Source: Smithellaceae bacterium (lineage in GTDB: Bacteria > Desulfobacterota > Syntrophia > Syntrophales > Smithellaceae). From it: 64,000 nucleotides of DNA. The notes beneath the pieces were generated by a model that saw nothing but the letters and a program-made list of their open reading frames with translations, was not told the origin of the DNA and searched no databases. The stretch spans positions 153,848-217,847 of the forward strand of contig JBEKVB010000003.1 in NCBI GenBank assembly GCA_049514435.1. The letters are read 5' to 3'. Shown in pieces: positions 55,924 to 64,000 of this stretch (the first letter of the stretch is position 1; every line of letters starts with the position of its first letter). A program made the translations under genes and the position numbers.

Positions 55924-55959
55924 TTTCTGTTCGGAGCGAACAAGGGTAGGCCATCTAAT

Positions 55960-57198
55960 CTATGCCTCGGCATTTTTTAGCGCCGCTGCCAGATAAATAG
56001 AAAATGTCGTTCCGGAATTGACGATGGATTCCACGGTAATCAAGCCATTGTGGTTTTTGATAATGGAATCGCTGATCGCCAGCCCCAGACCGATTCCTCC
56101 CCGTTCCTTCTTCTCTTTGGTTGTAAAATAGGGATCGAATATCCGGGAAAGGTTTTCTCTGGGTATGCCAATGCCAGTGTCTTTAATAATAATCCGGATA
56201 TAGTTGCCTTGTCCCAGCGTCCGAATATTTGTTACGGTCGTTGTATTTTCGGCAATAAGCTCCACGGTGCCACCGTTAGTCATGCCTTCCTTGGCGTTAA
56301 TTAAAATATTTTCTATCACTTGCCTGATTTGTACAGCATCGATTTCAGAAGGCCACAGGTCTTTTGCTATAGAAATGTTACAAATGACACCGGAATCATT
56401 AAAGACATTTTCCGCTGCTTCTCTTAACAGCGGTTCTAATTTTTCCACTTTGTGGACAGGATAACCTCCCTGCGCGAATGTAGTCAGCCGGTGAGCTAAT
56501 TCTTTTGCCTGCAGGCCGGCGCGTTCTACTACGGCCAAACCATCCTCCATAATTTTGTCCTCATCCGTAGCGGATATTTTGGCCAGAAAGACGTTTCTCA
56601 GAATAGCGGTAAGCAGGCTGTCAAAATCTTTGGCCACACCGTCGGCAAACGTGCCCAGTGATTCCACCTTGCTTCTACGAAGCAGCTCTTCTTCCGCCAT
56701 TTTTTGTTCGGTAATGTCTTCGAGCGTTTCCATCACGCCGAATATATTGTCGTTTGGATCTCTGATGGCCGCGGAAGTTATACGAAACCATTTCCCCTTT
56801 TCGCCCAGATCGGGAAAATAATCCGTAACCTCGTAAGCTTCCTCCAGCAAATTTGATTTCGCCCAGTTTCCAGAGTAAAAATTGGTAATCTGTTCGACCT
56901 TGTTATCCAGAATCAAATCTGCCATGCACGGACGCTGTGTTTTATAAAATACCCGCCAGTGCTGATTGGTGCCGACAATTTCACGAGGGCTGATTTTACT
57001 CAGCGCCTGCAAGGCTTTGTTCCAGTAAATTACTTTGTGCTCTTTGGATATTACGAACGCGGGAATGGGAGAGCCGCGGATAATACTGATTAATTTTAGC
57101 TCATCCCGGCGGCCGCGCCACATCACATAGGCAAAGCTGACAATGACTGTCATCGCCAGACTCAAAATAAAAATTAGGAAATTAATATTCATGTCCAA
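55960..57198 (-). CDS. membrane-anchored PAS sensor kinase-like protein with an intact HATPase domain but Lys in place of the phospho-acceptor His
   Basis: N-terminal TM helix. PAS (FVISKEHKVIYWNKAL...). DHp motif reads GVAKDFDSLL where this family has GIAHDFNNLL. N, G1, F and G2 boxes are present (NILINAKEGM, DTGIGI, IFDPYFTTK, GIGLGL). Confidence 0.75.
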   Translation of the reverse strand: MDMNINFLIFILSLAMTVIVSFAYVMWRGRRDELKLISIIRGSPIPAFVISKEHKVIYWNKALQALSKISPREIVGTNQHWRVFYKTQRPCMADLILDNKVEQITNFYSGNWAKSNLLEEAYEVTDYFPDLGEKGKWFRITSAAIRDPNDNIFGVMETLEDITEQKMAEEELLRRSKVESLGTFADGVAKDFDSLLTAILRNVFLAKISATDEDKIMEDGLAVVERAGLQAKELAHRLTTFAQGGYPVHKVEKLEPLLREAAENVFNDSGVICNISIAKDLWPSEIDAVQIRQVIENILINAKEGMTNGGTVELIAENTTTVTNIRTLGQGNYIRIIIKDTGIGIPRENLSRIFDPYFTTKEKKERGGIGLGLAISDSIIKNHNGLITVESIVNSGTTFSIYLAAALKNAEA

Positions 57199-57381
57199 CT
57201 TGCTCTTCGAAAATAATTCAGGCTGAAAATAAATTCCTATTCTAAGATATTTTCAGAATAAAAATATTATCTCCGGCTAATGCATTTTAAAATAAGCCAG
57301 TTTGCAGGCAATTCGATAGCAAGATTGGAGGAAAAAAGCAAGTGTGAGGATAGAAAATACAGACAGCGCAGGAAAGCTGGT

Positions 57382-57645
57382 TCATACTCCTGATTTCTTG
57401 TAAATTTCCCGCCTGTGGCCAATTCTAAGAATGAGAACGTCGTTATCAATGATGGTGAATATTACCCTGTAATCTCCCACTCGCATTTTTCTTAATCCGG
57501 CAAATTCACCTTTGAGAACCGGATATGATTCAGCACGTGCAGAGATATCCTTTTCGATTTTGCCAAGAATCCGGCGTGCCTCCTTTTTATCGAGACGGCT
57601 GAGGTCTCTTTCAATGGATTTCTTGTATTTGATATTAAAGGCCAA
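57382..57645 (-). CDS. RelE/ParE-family type II toxin
   Basis: 87 aa. LKGEFAGLRKMRVGDYRVIFTIIDNDVLILRIGHRREIY is the family signature. Overlaps the upstream antitoxin by 11 nt. Confidence 0.85.
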   Translation of the reverse strand: MAFNIKYKKSIERDLSRLDKKEARRILGKIEKDISARAESYPVLKGEFAGLRKMRVGDYRVIFTIIDNDVLILRIGHRREIYKKSGV

Positions 57646-57853
57646 GAGTTTTCCTCAACCCTTTTCCTGAAATAATAACATCCTTCGGATTTCTCAAACG
57701 GTCAATGGCGATCCGCAAATCAGCAAAATCTTCAATATATGCTTCCAATGCCTTTTGGATATGAAAAGAACGCGGCCTTTCCGTTTCTTTCGCAATATCG
57801 TCAAGATGCTTTGTTAACTCGTCGGGAAGACGAATAGACACTGTAGCTCTCAT
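57635..57853 (-). CDS. ribbon-helix-helix (CopG/RelB-like) antitoxin
   Basis: MRATVSIRLPDELTKHLDDIAKETERPRSFHIQKALEAYI is an RHH fold pattern. Confidence 0.8.
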   Translation of the reverse strand: MRATVSIRLPDELTKHLDDIAKETERPRSFHIQKALEAYIEDFADLRIAIDRLRNPKDVIISGKGLRKTLGL

Positions 57854-57975
57854 AATATACCCCTTTTAGATTACTTGTGATGTATTGTATACGATTTATT
57901 ACATGTATGCAAGAATTATATTTTCAGATCACATGATCACCGGCGGATTAATTAAGAAACACCTTTTGATAAGTT

Positions 57976-58007
57976 CCAAAAAGTTACCGGATTGTTGAGC
58001 TAGTACC
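57976..58007 (+). repeat. direct repeat DR1 (CCAAAAAGTTACCGGATTGTTGAGCTAGTACC)
   Basis: About 26/32 identical by hand to 58605-58636. The pair brackets the 58054-58554 gene. Confidence 0.7.
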
Positions 58008-58053
58008 TCTGTGCTATTTATCGGCGTTTCCTTTTACCGTTACCATTACTCAG

Positions 58054-58554
58054 TTATTTAACCGCAACTTTAAAGTAATCAATTGCTATAAATGTGAGAT
58101 TCAAAACAATACTAAAAATAAGACCGGAAGCGATACAACCGAGAATTGCGGTTCTAAATTCAACTTCTTTTCTTTCTGACTTGAAAGCTAAAGGCATTAT
58201 TTCTATAATTATAAAAACAATTATTGCTACGGCAAGAATGGAGATGATCATATAAAATTTACCTAATTTTTCAAAGTACTGGTAAATTGTTTGTGATATA
58301 AAAAAAACAAATGAAGCAATAATGCCCAAAATTATATTTTTCAGATAATATTTTGTGTCAACTTTTTTTGTAAATAGAGGAAAAATGAAAATAAATATTA
58401 AAAGAAGAATTGTTCCAACTGTTATTCCGGTAGCAAGCTGTATAAAAAAGACATTACTCTGATCCATGCTTATATAATATAGCGCAAACAAAATGGCGCT
58501 TAAAATTATTGCCTTAAAAATAAGTCTCGAAATAAAGCTTGCGGCTCTTTTCAT
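58054..58554 (-). CDS. hypothetical polytopic membrane protein (166 aa, very AT-rich)
   Basis: ORF track. Four or five hydrophobic helices. No family recognised. Confidence 0.55.
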   Translation of the reverse strand: MKRAASFISRLIFKAIILSAILFALYYISMDQSNVFFIQLATGITVGTILLLIFIFIFPLFTKKVDTKYYLKNIILGIIASFVFFISQTIYQYFEKLGKFYMIISILAVAIIVFIIIEIMPLAFKSERKEVEFRTAILGCIASGLIFSIVLNLTFIAIDYFKVAVK

Positions 58555-58604
58555 TAAATTATCTCCTTAAAATTACTTTGATCAGAACTATCTTTAGGGG
58601 ACTT

Positions 58605-58636
58605 ACCAAAAAGTTACCGAATTAGTGAGCTAGTTC
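58605..58636 (+). repeat. direct repeat DR2 (CCAAAAAGTTACCGAATTAGTGAGCTAGTTCA)
   Basis: See 57976-58007. Confidence 0.7.
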
Positions 58637-58743
58637 AACCGTCCCCCATTATTTCCTTGGCGCGAGATTTCAATATATTCCGGTTATAAACCTGCAGGTG
58701 GGACAGTAATTTTAATCATCGTCATGTCCTCGCAATGATGTCA

Positions 58744-59625
58744 TTAACCCAGAACTTTCTGCATCCACTTCCAGATCGCCCCGAAGGTCTCGTCCCTGTT
58801 CACTTCGTTGAAGTTCTCATGATAGTTCTTTTCATGGACGATTAATGTCAGGAGCTTTAATGGAATCGAATACAAGGCGTTCTTGCTGCCCTGGATGTCG
58901 GCAAGTTGATCTTCGCCGGCCAGGACGGCAAACACCGGGAAACGTTCCCACGTCTTCATGTTTTTAATCACCCACGCCTGGGTCTTTTCGCTCTCCACGC
59001 CCAATTTTGCAGAAGCCGTTGTCCCCCTCAAGCCGATCGCCTCGTCATAATGGTGACGGACGGTAATCTTCTCGTCATGGGTTAGCACATCCGTAAGGGC
59101 CGGGGGTTTGACGGCGAAGGTTGGATGTATCCTCGCTATTAACTTGGCGATCTTTTTCATGATGGCCGGGATCTTGACCCTGTTTTCCAGCCAGGGAGAA
59201 GAAACGATGAAGCCCTTGATATCGGTCTTTTTCGCCAAGGTCAGGGCGTACTTCAGGGCGATGAGTGCACCATTGGAATGACAAATGATAAAGATCGGGG
59301 CTTGGGGATGGCGCTCTTTCACCCAAGAATAGAATTTGTGTATATCATCGACATATTCGTCGTAGGAATTGATATGGAAAAAAACCTTCCCCTTCTCATT
59401 GTATTTCGGATAGGTTCCATGCCATCGCAGATCCGGGGCATAGGTGGCAACACCCTTCTCCTTGAAATACATGGCCGGCGTCACCCAATCACCGCCATGA
59501 GCCATACCGCCATGGATACCAATCATCACAGCCTTGACCTCCTGGTCTGGCAACCATTCATAGACGAGGAGTTTTGTCTTTGCATCAGCTTGAAATAATT
59601 CTGTCTTTGTTTCTGAAAAATTCAC
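58744..59625 (-). CDS. alpha/beta-fold hydrolase (lysophospholipase / monoacylglycerol-lipase-like)
   Basis: HGGMAHGGDW oxyanion region. Nucleophile elbow ICHSNGA. C-terminal H in NYHENFNE. G+C is higher than its neighbours. Confidence 0.75.
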   Translation of the reverse strand: MNFSETKTELFQADAKTKLLVYEWLPDQEVKAVMIGIHGGMAHGGDWVTPAMYFKEKGVATYAPDLRWHGTYPKYNEKGKVFFHINSYDEYVDDIHKFYSWVKERHPQAPIFIICHSNGALIALKYALTLAKKTDIKGFIVSSPWLENRVKIPAIMKKIAKLIARIHPTFAVKPPALTDVLTHDEKITVRHHYDEAIGLRGTTASAKLGVESEKTQAWVIKNMKTWERFPVFAVLAGEDQLADIQGSKNALYSIPLKLLTLIVHEKNYHENFNEVNRDETFGAIWKWMQKVLG

Positions 59626-60026
59626 AAATCATCCTTTATGTCTTTTTCGATCATCAGTATTTTGTAATCTAGTGTTCAGATATGCGAAAGTGATTAATAT
59701 GTCAATATCCGATTGTTTTTTGTCAAATTATCGCACGTCCGGGAATAATTTGGGACGTCCCGATATTTCCTAGATTAAAACCACCAGAAAGTTAGAACCA
59801 TACCCTTTGTCATTCCGGGCAAGTAAAATGCGACCCGGCTTGTGCCCTGTAGGGTTAATCCGGTATTTTATAAAAAAGTATAAAAGCTAGGACTGGTGAG
59901 GGTTTGCGTTGTTCTTTAGTGGCTATTGTCAAGAAAAAAAATTTGACCCCAGTTTCTCCAGTCATTTTAGTAAAGGGGATTTATACTGCGTGAAAACGCA
60001 GCTATGTTTTTATTACCCCTTTAGTA

Positions 60027-60788
60027 TCATGGATTGACCAGTAATGGAAACTCGGATGAATCAAGTGCGACGTTGCCCCGCTTTAGGTACTCGAAATATC
60101 TGTTCATGATGACCCAAGAACGGCGAGTTACTTCTGTTGTAACTGTTCCCGGCGTATGCCCTGGCCTTCCATGCCGTGGATTTGCGGAGTAATCGGTAAT
60201 GTATTTCAGATACGCCTCATCAATTTGAAGCGCCTGTTGAAGCTGTTGCCACGCCTGTTTGTCATTCGTTCCAGGTGTGGCGACAAGATGCTTTAGACGG
60301 TCCATGGCGCGTGCGCAGTCCACAAGGGAAACGTGAGGCAAGGATATCGCCGCGACGAGATCACGTAATGCCATGAAAAGCGGGACACTTTGAATGACTT
60401 TTGCACATAGTTCACCAAAGCCCTGATCCAGCGAGAATGCAGTGCATAGCGCAGCAAGACCCTCGTCTTTTTGGAATATCGGAGAGGCTATCCCGTTTGA
60501 GTCGATGAATGTTTCCAAAACTACTGTTAGCCCCCAACCCATCTTGAATGCGATCAAATCCACTTGCGCGCGACATATATCAAGTGCACGCCTGTAGAAC
60601 TCACCAAGGTGCTCAGACCTGTATTTTTCAGTTCGACATTCGATATCGATCTTCGAGTTTTCAATGTGGCATGTGAATTCCATGGCAAGACCGATATCGG
60701 CCTCTTCCCACTTGATGCTTTGATTGAAAGAGACCGTTACTCGCGCGGGCGGAGGGAGGACTCTTCCGAGAAAGTGGATCGATTGCAT
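60027..60788 (-). CDS. hypothetical protein (253 aa), no recognisable family
   Basis: ORF track. Protein-like composition. GC-richer than flanking AT-rich spacers. Confidence 0.55.
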   Translation of the reverse strand: MQSIHFLGRVLPPPARVTVSFNQSIKWEEADIGLAMEFTCHIENSKIDIECRTEKYRSEHLGEFYRRALDICRAQVDLIAFKMGWGLTVVLETFIDSNGIASPIFQKDEGLAALCTAFSLDQGFGELCAKVIQSVPLFMALRDLVAAISLPHVSLVDCARAMDRLKHLVATPGTNDKQAWQQLQQALQIDEAYLKYITDYSANPRHGRPGHTPGTVTTEVTRRSWVIMNRYFEYLKRGNVALDSSEFPLLVNP

Positions 60789-61085
60789 TTAGTATCCTAC
60801 TGGCGCAACTCAGACGCCCAACGTATTAATATCCGAACTTCACTTTTTCCGATGATTTACATATCATTTTAACACTTCCAAATTATTTATCAAAAAGAAA
60901 GAGTAAAAATAACGATCGATGGGTTTACGACATCTTTAGGCCAAACCTCAATCAACGGCAGAGTCCCTTACTTTTAGCATATTCTAACAGTAAGATTATA
61001 GTTCATTTTAAGTGTATTTTCAATTTTTAAAGCCATTAATTTAGACTTTACAAAAGCCCCTGATCCTGATTAAAGTAAGGACGAA

Positions 61086-62069
61086 ATGTCTAGGGAGATA
61101 TTTTCTGTGAGCAAAGCAAAATTGCCCCAATACGATTATGATACGGTTATTATCGGCGGCGGGCCGGCAGGTTATACTGCGGGCATTTACACCGCACGCG
61201 CCGGGCTTAAAACGCTGCTGGTGGAAGGCGCAGCAACGGTAAGCCAAATAACCATTACCGATCTAATCGAAAATTATCCGGGAATTCCCGACGGCATTAA
61301 CGGTTTTGATCTGATGCAGTTATTTAAAAATCAGGCTCTTAAATTCGGTTTGGAAACACTGGCTAAAGATGTATCTGCAATCAAAAATAATACGTCTTCC
61401 CCTGTTATCTGGAATGTTACAGTGGGAGATAAATCCTTCAAAACTTTAAGTATGATTGCCGCAACCGGCGCGCAGTGGCGCAAACTGGGTGTCCCGGGTG
61501 AGGAAGAATTAGCCGGAAAAGGAGTTTCCTACTGCGCTACCTGTGACGGCCCGTTTTATAAAAATAAAGATGTGGTGGTTGTGGGCGGCGGTGATACGGC
61601 GATTCAGGAAGCTCTCTTTTTAACTCATTTCGCCAAAAAAGTTATCGTAGTCCATCGCCGTGATAGGCTGCGCGCCGCGGGAATTTTACAAAAAAGAGCA
61701 TTTGCCGAAAAGAAAATCGAGTTTGCCTGGAAGGCAAATCTGGTTGAGGTTATCGGCAAAGATTTTGTCACCGGGATTAAGATAGCCAATGTCCAATCCG
61801 GAAAAGTAAGTATTATTTCTGCGGAAGGAGTTTTTATCTTTGTCGGCAGGATTCCCAACACCAGCTTGGTTCAAAATGTTTTAAAATTAGATGCAAACGG
61901 CTATATACTAACGGATGATAATATGAATACTTCCGCCGCCGGTATTTTTGCTGCCGGAGACTGCCGGGCCAAACTTTTCCGGCAAGTAGTAACAGCCGCA
62001 GGCGATGGGGCTAACGCAGCGTTCAGCGCGGAGCTTTATGTAGGAAATATGAAAGGTGAAGCGTATTAA
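61086..62069 (+). CDS. trxB: thioredoxin-disulfide reductase
   Basis: IIGGGPAGYTA, redox CATCDG, GGGDTAIQEA, AAGDC. Confidence 0.92.
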   Translation: MSREIFSVSKAKLPQYDYDTVIIGGGPAGYTAGIYTARAGLKTLLVEGAATVSQITITDLIENYPGIPDGINGFDLMQLFKNQALKFGLETLAKDVSAIKNNTSSPVIWNVTVGDKSFKTLSMIAATGAQWRKLGVPGEEELAGKGVSYCATCDGPFYKNKDVVVVGGGDTAIQEALFLTHFAKKVIVVHRRDRLRAAGILQKRAFAEKKIEFAWKANLVEVIGKDFVTGIKIANVQSGKVSIISAEGVFIFVGRIPNTSLVQNVLKLDANGYILTDDNMNTSAAGIFAAGDCRAKLFRQVVTAAGDGANAAFSAELYVGNMKGEAY

Positions 62070-62124
62070 AACGCCATGCCGCTTTAATGCAACATGGCAT
62101 AACTTAGCGTAAGGAAATTAAATT

Positions 62125-62970
62125 ATGGAATCTTTAATCAAAGCCTGGCAACAAATACCTGCGCAAATAAACCCAGCTATCTTCAGTATCGGTTCTTTTC
62201 AACTGCGCTATTATAGTTTGATGTACATAGTTGCTTTCGTTATCGTTTATTTTCTTGTCCTTTACCGAATAAAGCACGAAAAGTATAAATACACAGCCGA
62301 AAATATTCAGGACTATCTGGTCTGGGCAATGATTGGATTGCTCATCGGCGGCAGGCTCGGTTATGCCTTATTTTACAATTTCGGCTATTACTTCCAGCAT
62401 CCGCTCGAAATAATTTTGCCTTTTGATTTTTCCAACGGCATCAGATTTATCGGCATCAGCGGCATGTCTTATCATGGCGGCCTTATCGGCGTTATTGTTA
62501 TGACCATATTATTTTGCCGCAAACGCAAGATCAAATTTTGGCAGTTTGCCGACCTCCTTTGCCCGGCTATTCCACTGGGCTACACCTTTGGCCGGATCGG
62601 CAATTTTATTAACGGCGAACTCTTCGGCCGGGTAACTACCGTGCCCTGGGGAATGTATTTTCCGCTTGATCCCTCACATAGCCTGCGTCACCCTTCCCAG
62701 CTTTATGAAGCACTGTTCGAAGGAATTGTTTTGTTCATCTTGCTGTGGCTGATTAGAAAAAAGAAAATGTTTGACGGATTCTTTATCGGAATTTACATTT
62801 GTGGCTATGGTTTTGTGCGCTTTTTCATCGAATTCTTCCGTGAACCCGACTCTCAGCTTGGTTTTGTTTTAGGCCCGCTGAGCATGGGACAGGTTCTGTG
62901 TATATTGATGATGATGGCGGGTATCGCCATTATCATCTGGCGCAAGCAAGCATCCTCTTCCCCTAAATAA
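62125..62970 (+). CDS. lgt: prolipoprotein diacylglyceryl transferase
   Basis: LRYYSLMYIVAF, GGRLGYALFYN, GRIGNFINGELFG, HPSQLYE. Confidence 0.92.
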   Translation: MESLIKAWQQIPAQINPAIFSIGSFQLRYYSLMYIVAFVIVYFLVLYRIKHEKYKYTAENIQDYLVWAMIGLLIGGRLGYALFYNFGYYFQHPLEIILPFDFSNGIRFIGISGMSYHGGLIGVIVMTILFCRKRKIKFWQFADLLCPAIPLGYTFGRIGNFINGELFGRVTTVPWGMYFPLDPSHSLRHPSQLYEALFEGIVLFILLWLIRKKKMFDGFFIGIYICGYGFVRFFIEFFREPDSQLGFVLGPLSMGQVLCILMMMAGIAIIIWRKQASSSPK

Positions 62971-62983
62971 CGCAGGAGGTTTT

Positions 62984-64000
62984 ATGGGAAAGAATCTGGT
63001 CATTGTCGGCGGCGGCGCAGGCGGGGCATCAACCGCCGCCGAGGCTAAGCGCAATGATCCTTCATTAAATATAACTATCCTGGAGGGAGGAAAGTTTGTT
63101 TCTTACGCCTCCTGCCCCACACCCTATTACATCGGTAATGTAATAAAAGACGAAAATAACTTGATCGCGCGGACGCCGGAGCGGTTTCGCGAAACGGGTA
63201 TTGACGTTCAATTAAATACCCCAGTGGTAAATATCATCAATAAAGAGAAAATAGTTAAACTCAAAGACGGCAGAAAATTACCTTTTGACATTTTAGCTTT
63301 AGCAACGGGCTCCAAATCGTTGATTCCCGATATTCCCGGTGTTGATAAACCCGGAATTTTTACTTTAAAAAATCTGGAAGATGCGATTAAAATCAAGACC
63401 TACCTGCGCGAAAATAAATGCCGCAAAGCGGTCATTATAGGCGCCGGTTTCATTGCCATGGAAATGAGCGAGGGCCTGCACACAGCCGGTGTCAAAACGG
63501 TAGTAATCCACAGGGGATCCCTGCCGGTCAATCGCTGGGATGCCAGGCTCTCCTCGTTCATGCTGGAAGAGCTGAAAAATAATGGTGTGGAGTTTGTGCC
63601 CCATGCGGAAACGGCGGCTATCGAAACGGGAACCGAGGGGCCGCTCTGTGTTGTTACCAATCAAGGCAAATGGGATGCGGATATGATTTTACTTGCTATT
63701 GGTATAAAACCGGATATCCGTCTGGCGCAGGAGTTGGAGCTCACAATTGGCAAAACGGGCGCTGTCGCTGTAAACCATTTTCAGCAAACTTCTCAAAAAA
63801 ATGTTTACGCCGCGGGTGATTGCAGTGAATCATGGCATCGCGTGAGCCGCCGCTGGGTAAACATTCCCTTGGGTGACATCGCCAACAAGCAGGGACGTGT
63901 GGCCGGCCGCAATATCGGCGGCAAACCGTTTAAATTCGCGGGAATTGTCGGGGCGCAGTCTTTTCGGCTTTTTAGTCTGGAAGCGGCGGCGACCGGCATT
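62984..64000 (+). CDS. pyridine nucleotide-disulfide oxidoreductase of the CoA-disulfide reductase / NADH oxidase type, 3'-truncated by the window edge (not in the ORF track)
   Basis: AGGAGG RBS + ATG at 62984. The frame is open for 339 codons to position 64000. VIVGGGAGG, single redox Cys in SYASCPTPYY, IIGAGFIAMEM, AAGDC. Confidence 0.8.
   Translation, partial: MGKNLVIVGGGAGGASTAAEAKRNDPSLNITILEGGKFVSYASCPTPYYIGNVIKDENNLIARTPERFRETGIDVQLNTPVVNIINKEKIVKLKDGRKLPFDILALATGSKSLIPDIPGVDKPGIFTLKNLEDAIKIKTYLRENKCRKAVIIGAGFIAMEMSEGLHTAGVKTVVIHRGSLPVNRWDARLSSFMLEELKNNGVEFVPHAETAAIETGTEGPLCVVTNQGKWDADMILLAIGIKPDIRLAQELELTIGKTGAVAVNHFQQTSQKNVYAAGDCSESWHRVSRRWVNIPLGDIANKQGRVAGRNIGGKPFKFAGIVGAQSFRLFSLEAAATGI

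Noticed and set aside
1-64000. CRISPR arrays, rRNA genes, prophage structural modules
   Set aside because: I saw no regularly spaced 25-40-bp direct repeats with unique spacers, no rRNA-like conserved segments, and no capsid, terminase or tail genes. The repeats present are irregularly spaced intergenic elements.

Overview
64-kb window from a low-GC (about 40% by eye, not computed) diderm-type bacterium that uses selenocysteine. All calls come from reading the sequence and ORF track by hand, with no searches run.

(1) Positions 1 to ~23.4 kb are a mosaic accessory region or genomic island, almost all minus-strand genes. It ends at a displaced 3' half of tRNA-Sec (selC, 23361-23427). Contents:
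- A mobile-element backbone of XRE and excisionase-like HTH genes, plus a winged-helix gene carrying palindromic repeats.
- Defence-like cargo: a T5orf172/GIY-YIG-TM-TPR protein, an 865-aa STAND-like P-loop NTPase, and a ~589-codon helical plus Mrr-like-nuclease reading frame split by one in-frame TAG.
- A 998-aa M28-peptidase fusion next to a DapF homologue lacking both catalytic cysteines.
- An IS1595-family IS.
- An M-box (Mg2+) riboswitch-controlled operon: an NRAMP-related Mg transporter, an MgtE-N/CBS protein and a 37-aa membrane peptide, with an OprB-like porin downstream.

The cargo genes are separated by several families of short dispersed repeats, giving a cassette-like layout. No recombinase is recognisable inside the window. 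This organisation and the unassigned cargo are the best candidates for something undescribed.

(2) Positions 23.5-64 kb are housekeeping: metG, ricT-like, holB, tmk, ferredoxin, NifU-like, ispH, tlyA, dxs, ispA, xseBA, a DHS-like gene, tRNA-Ala, pilT x2, asd, ribF, tRNA-Leu, ccdA/tlpA, ettA, ADP-forming ACS, trxB, lgt.

Notable points in this part:
- A HesB-like selenoprotein with in-frame UGA, missed by the ORF track.
- An IspH fused to a UbiA-like membrane domain.
- A histidine kinase lacking its acceptor His.
- A RelE/RHH toxin-antitoxin pair.
- Two small GC-richer insertions.
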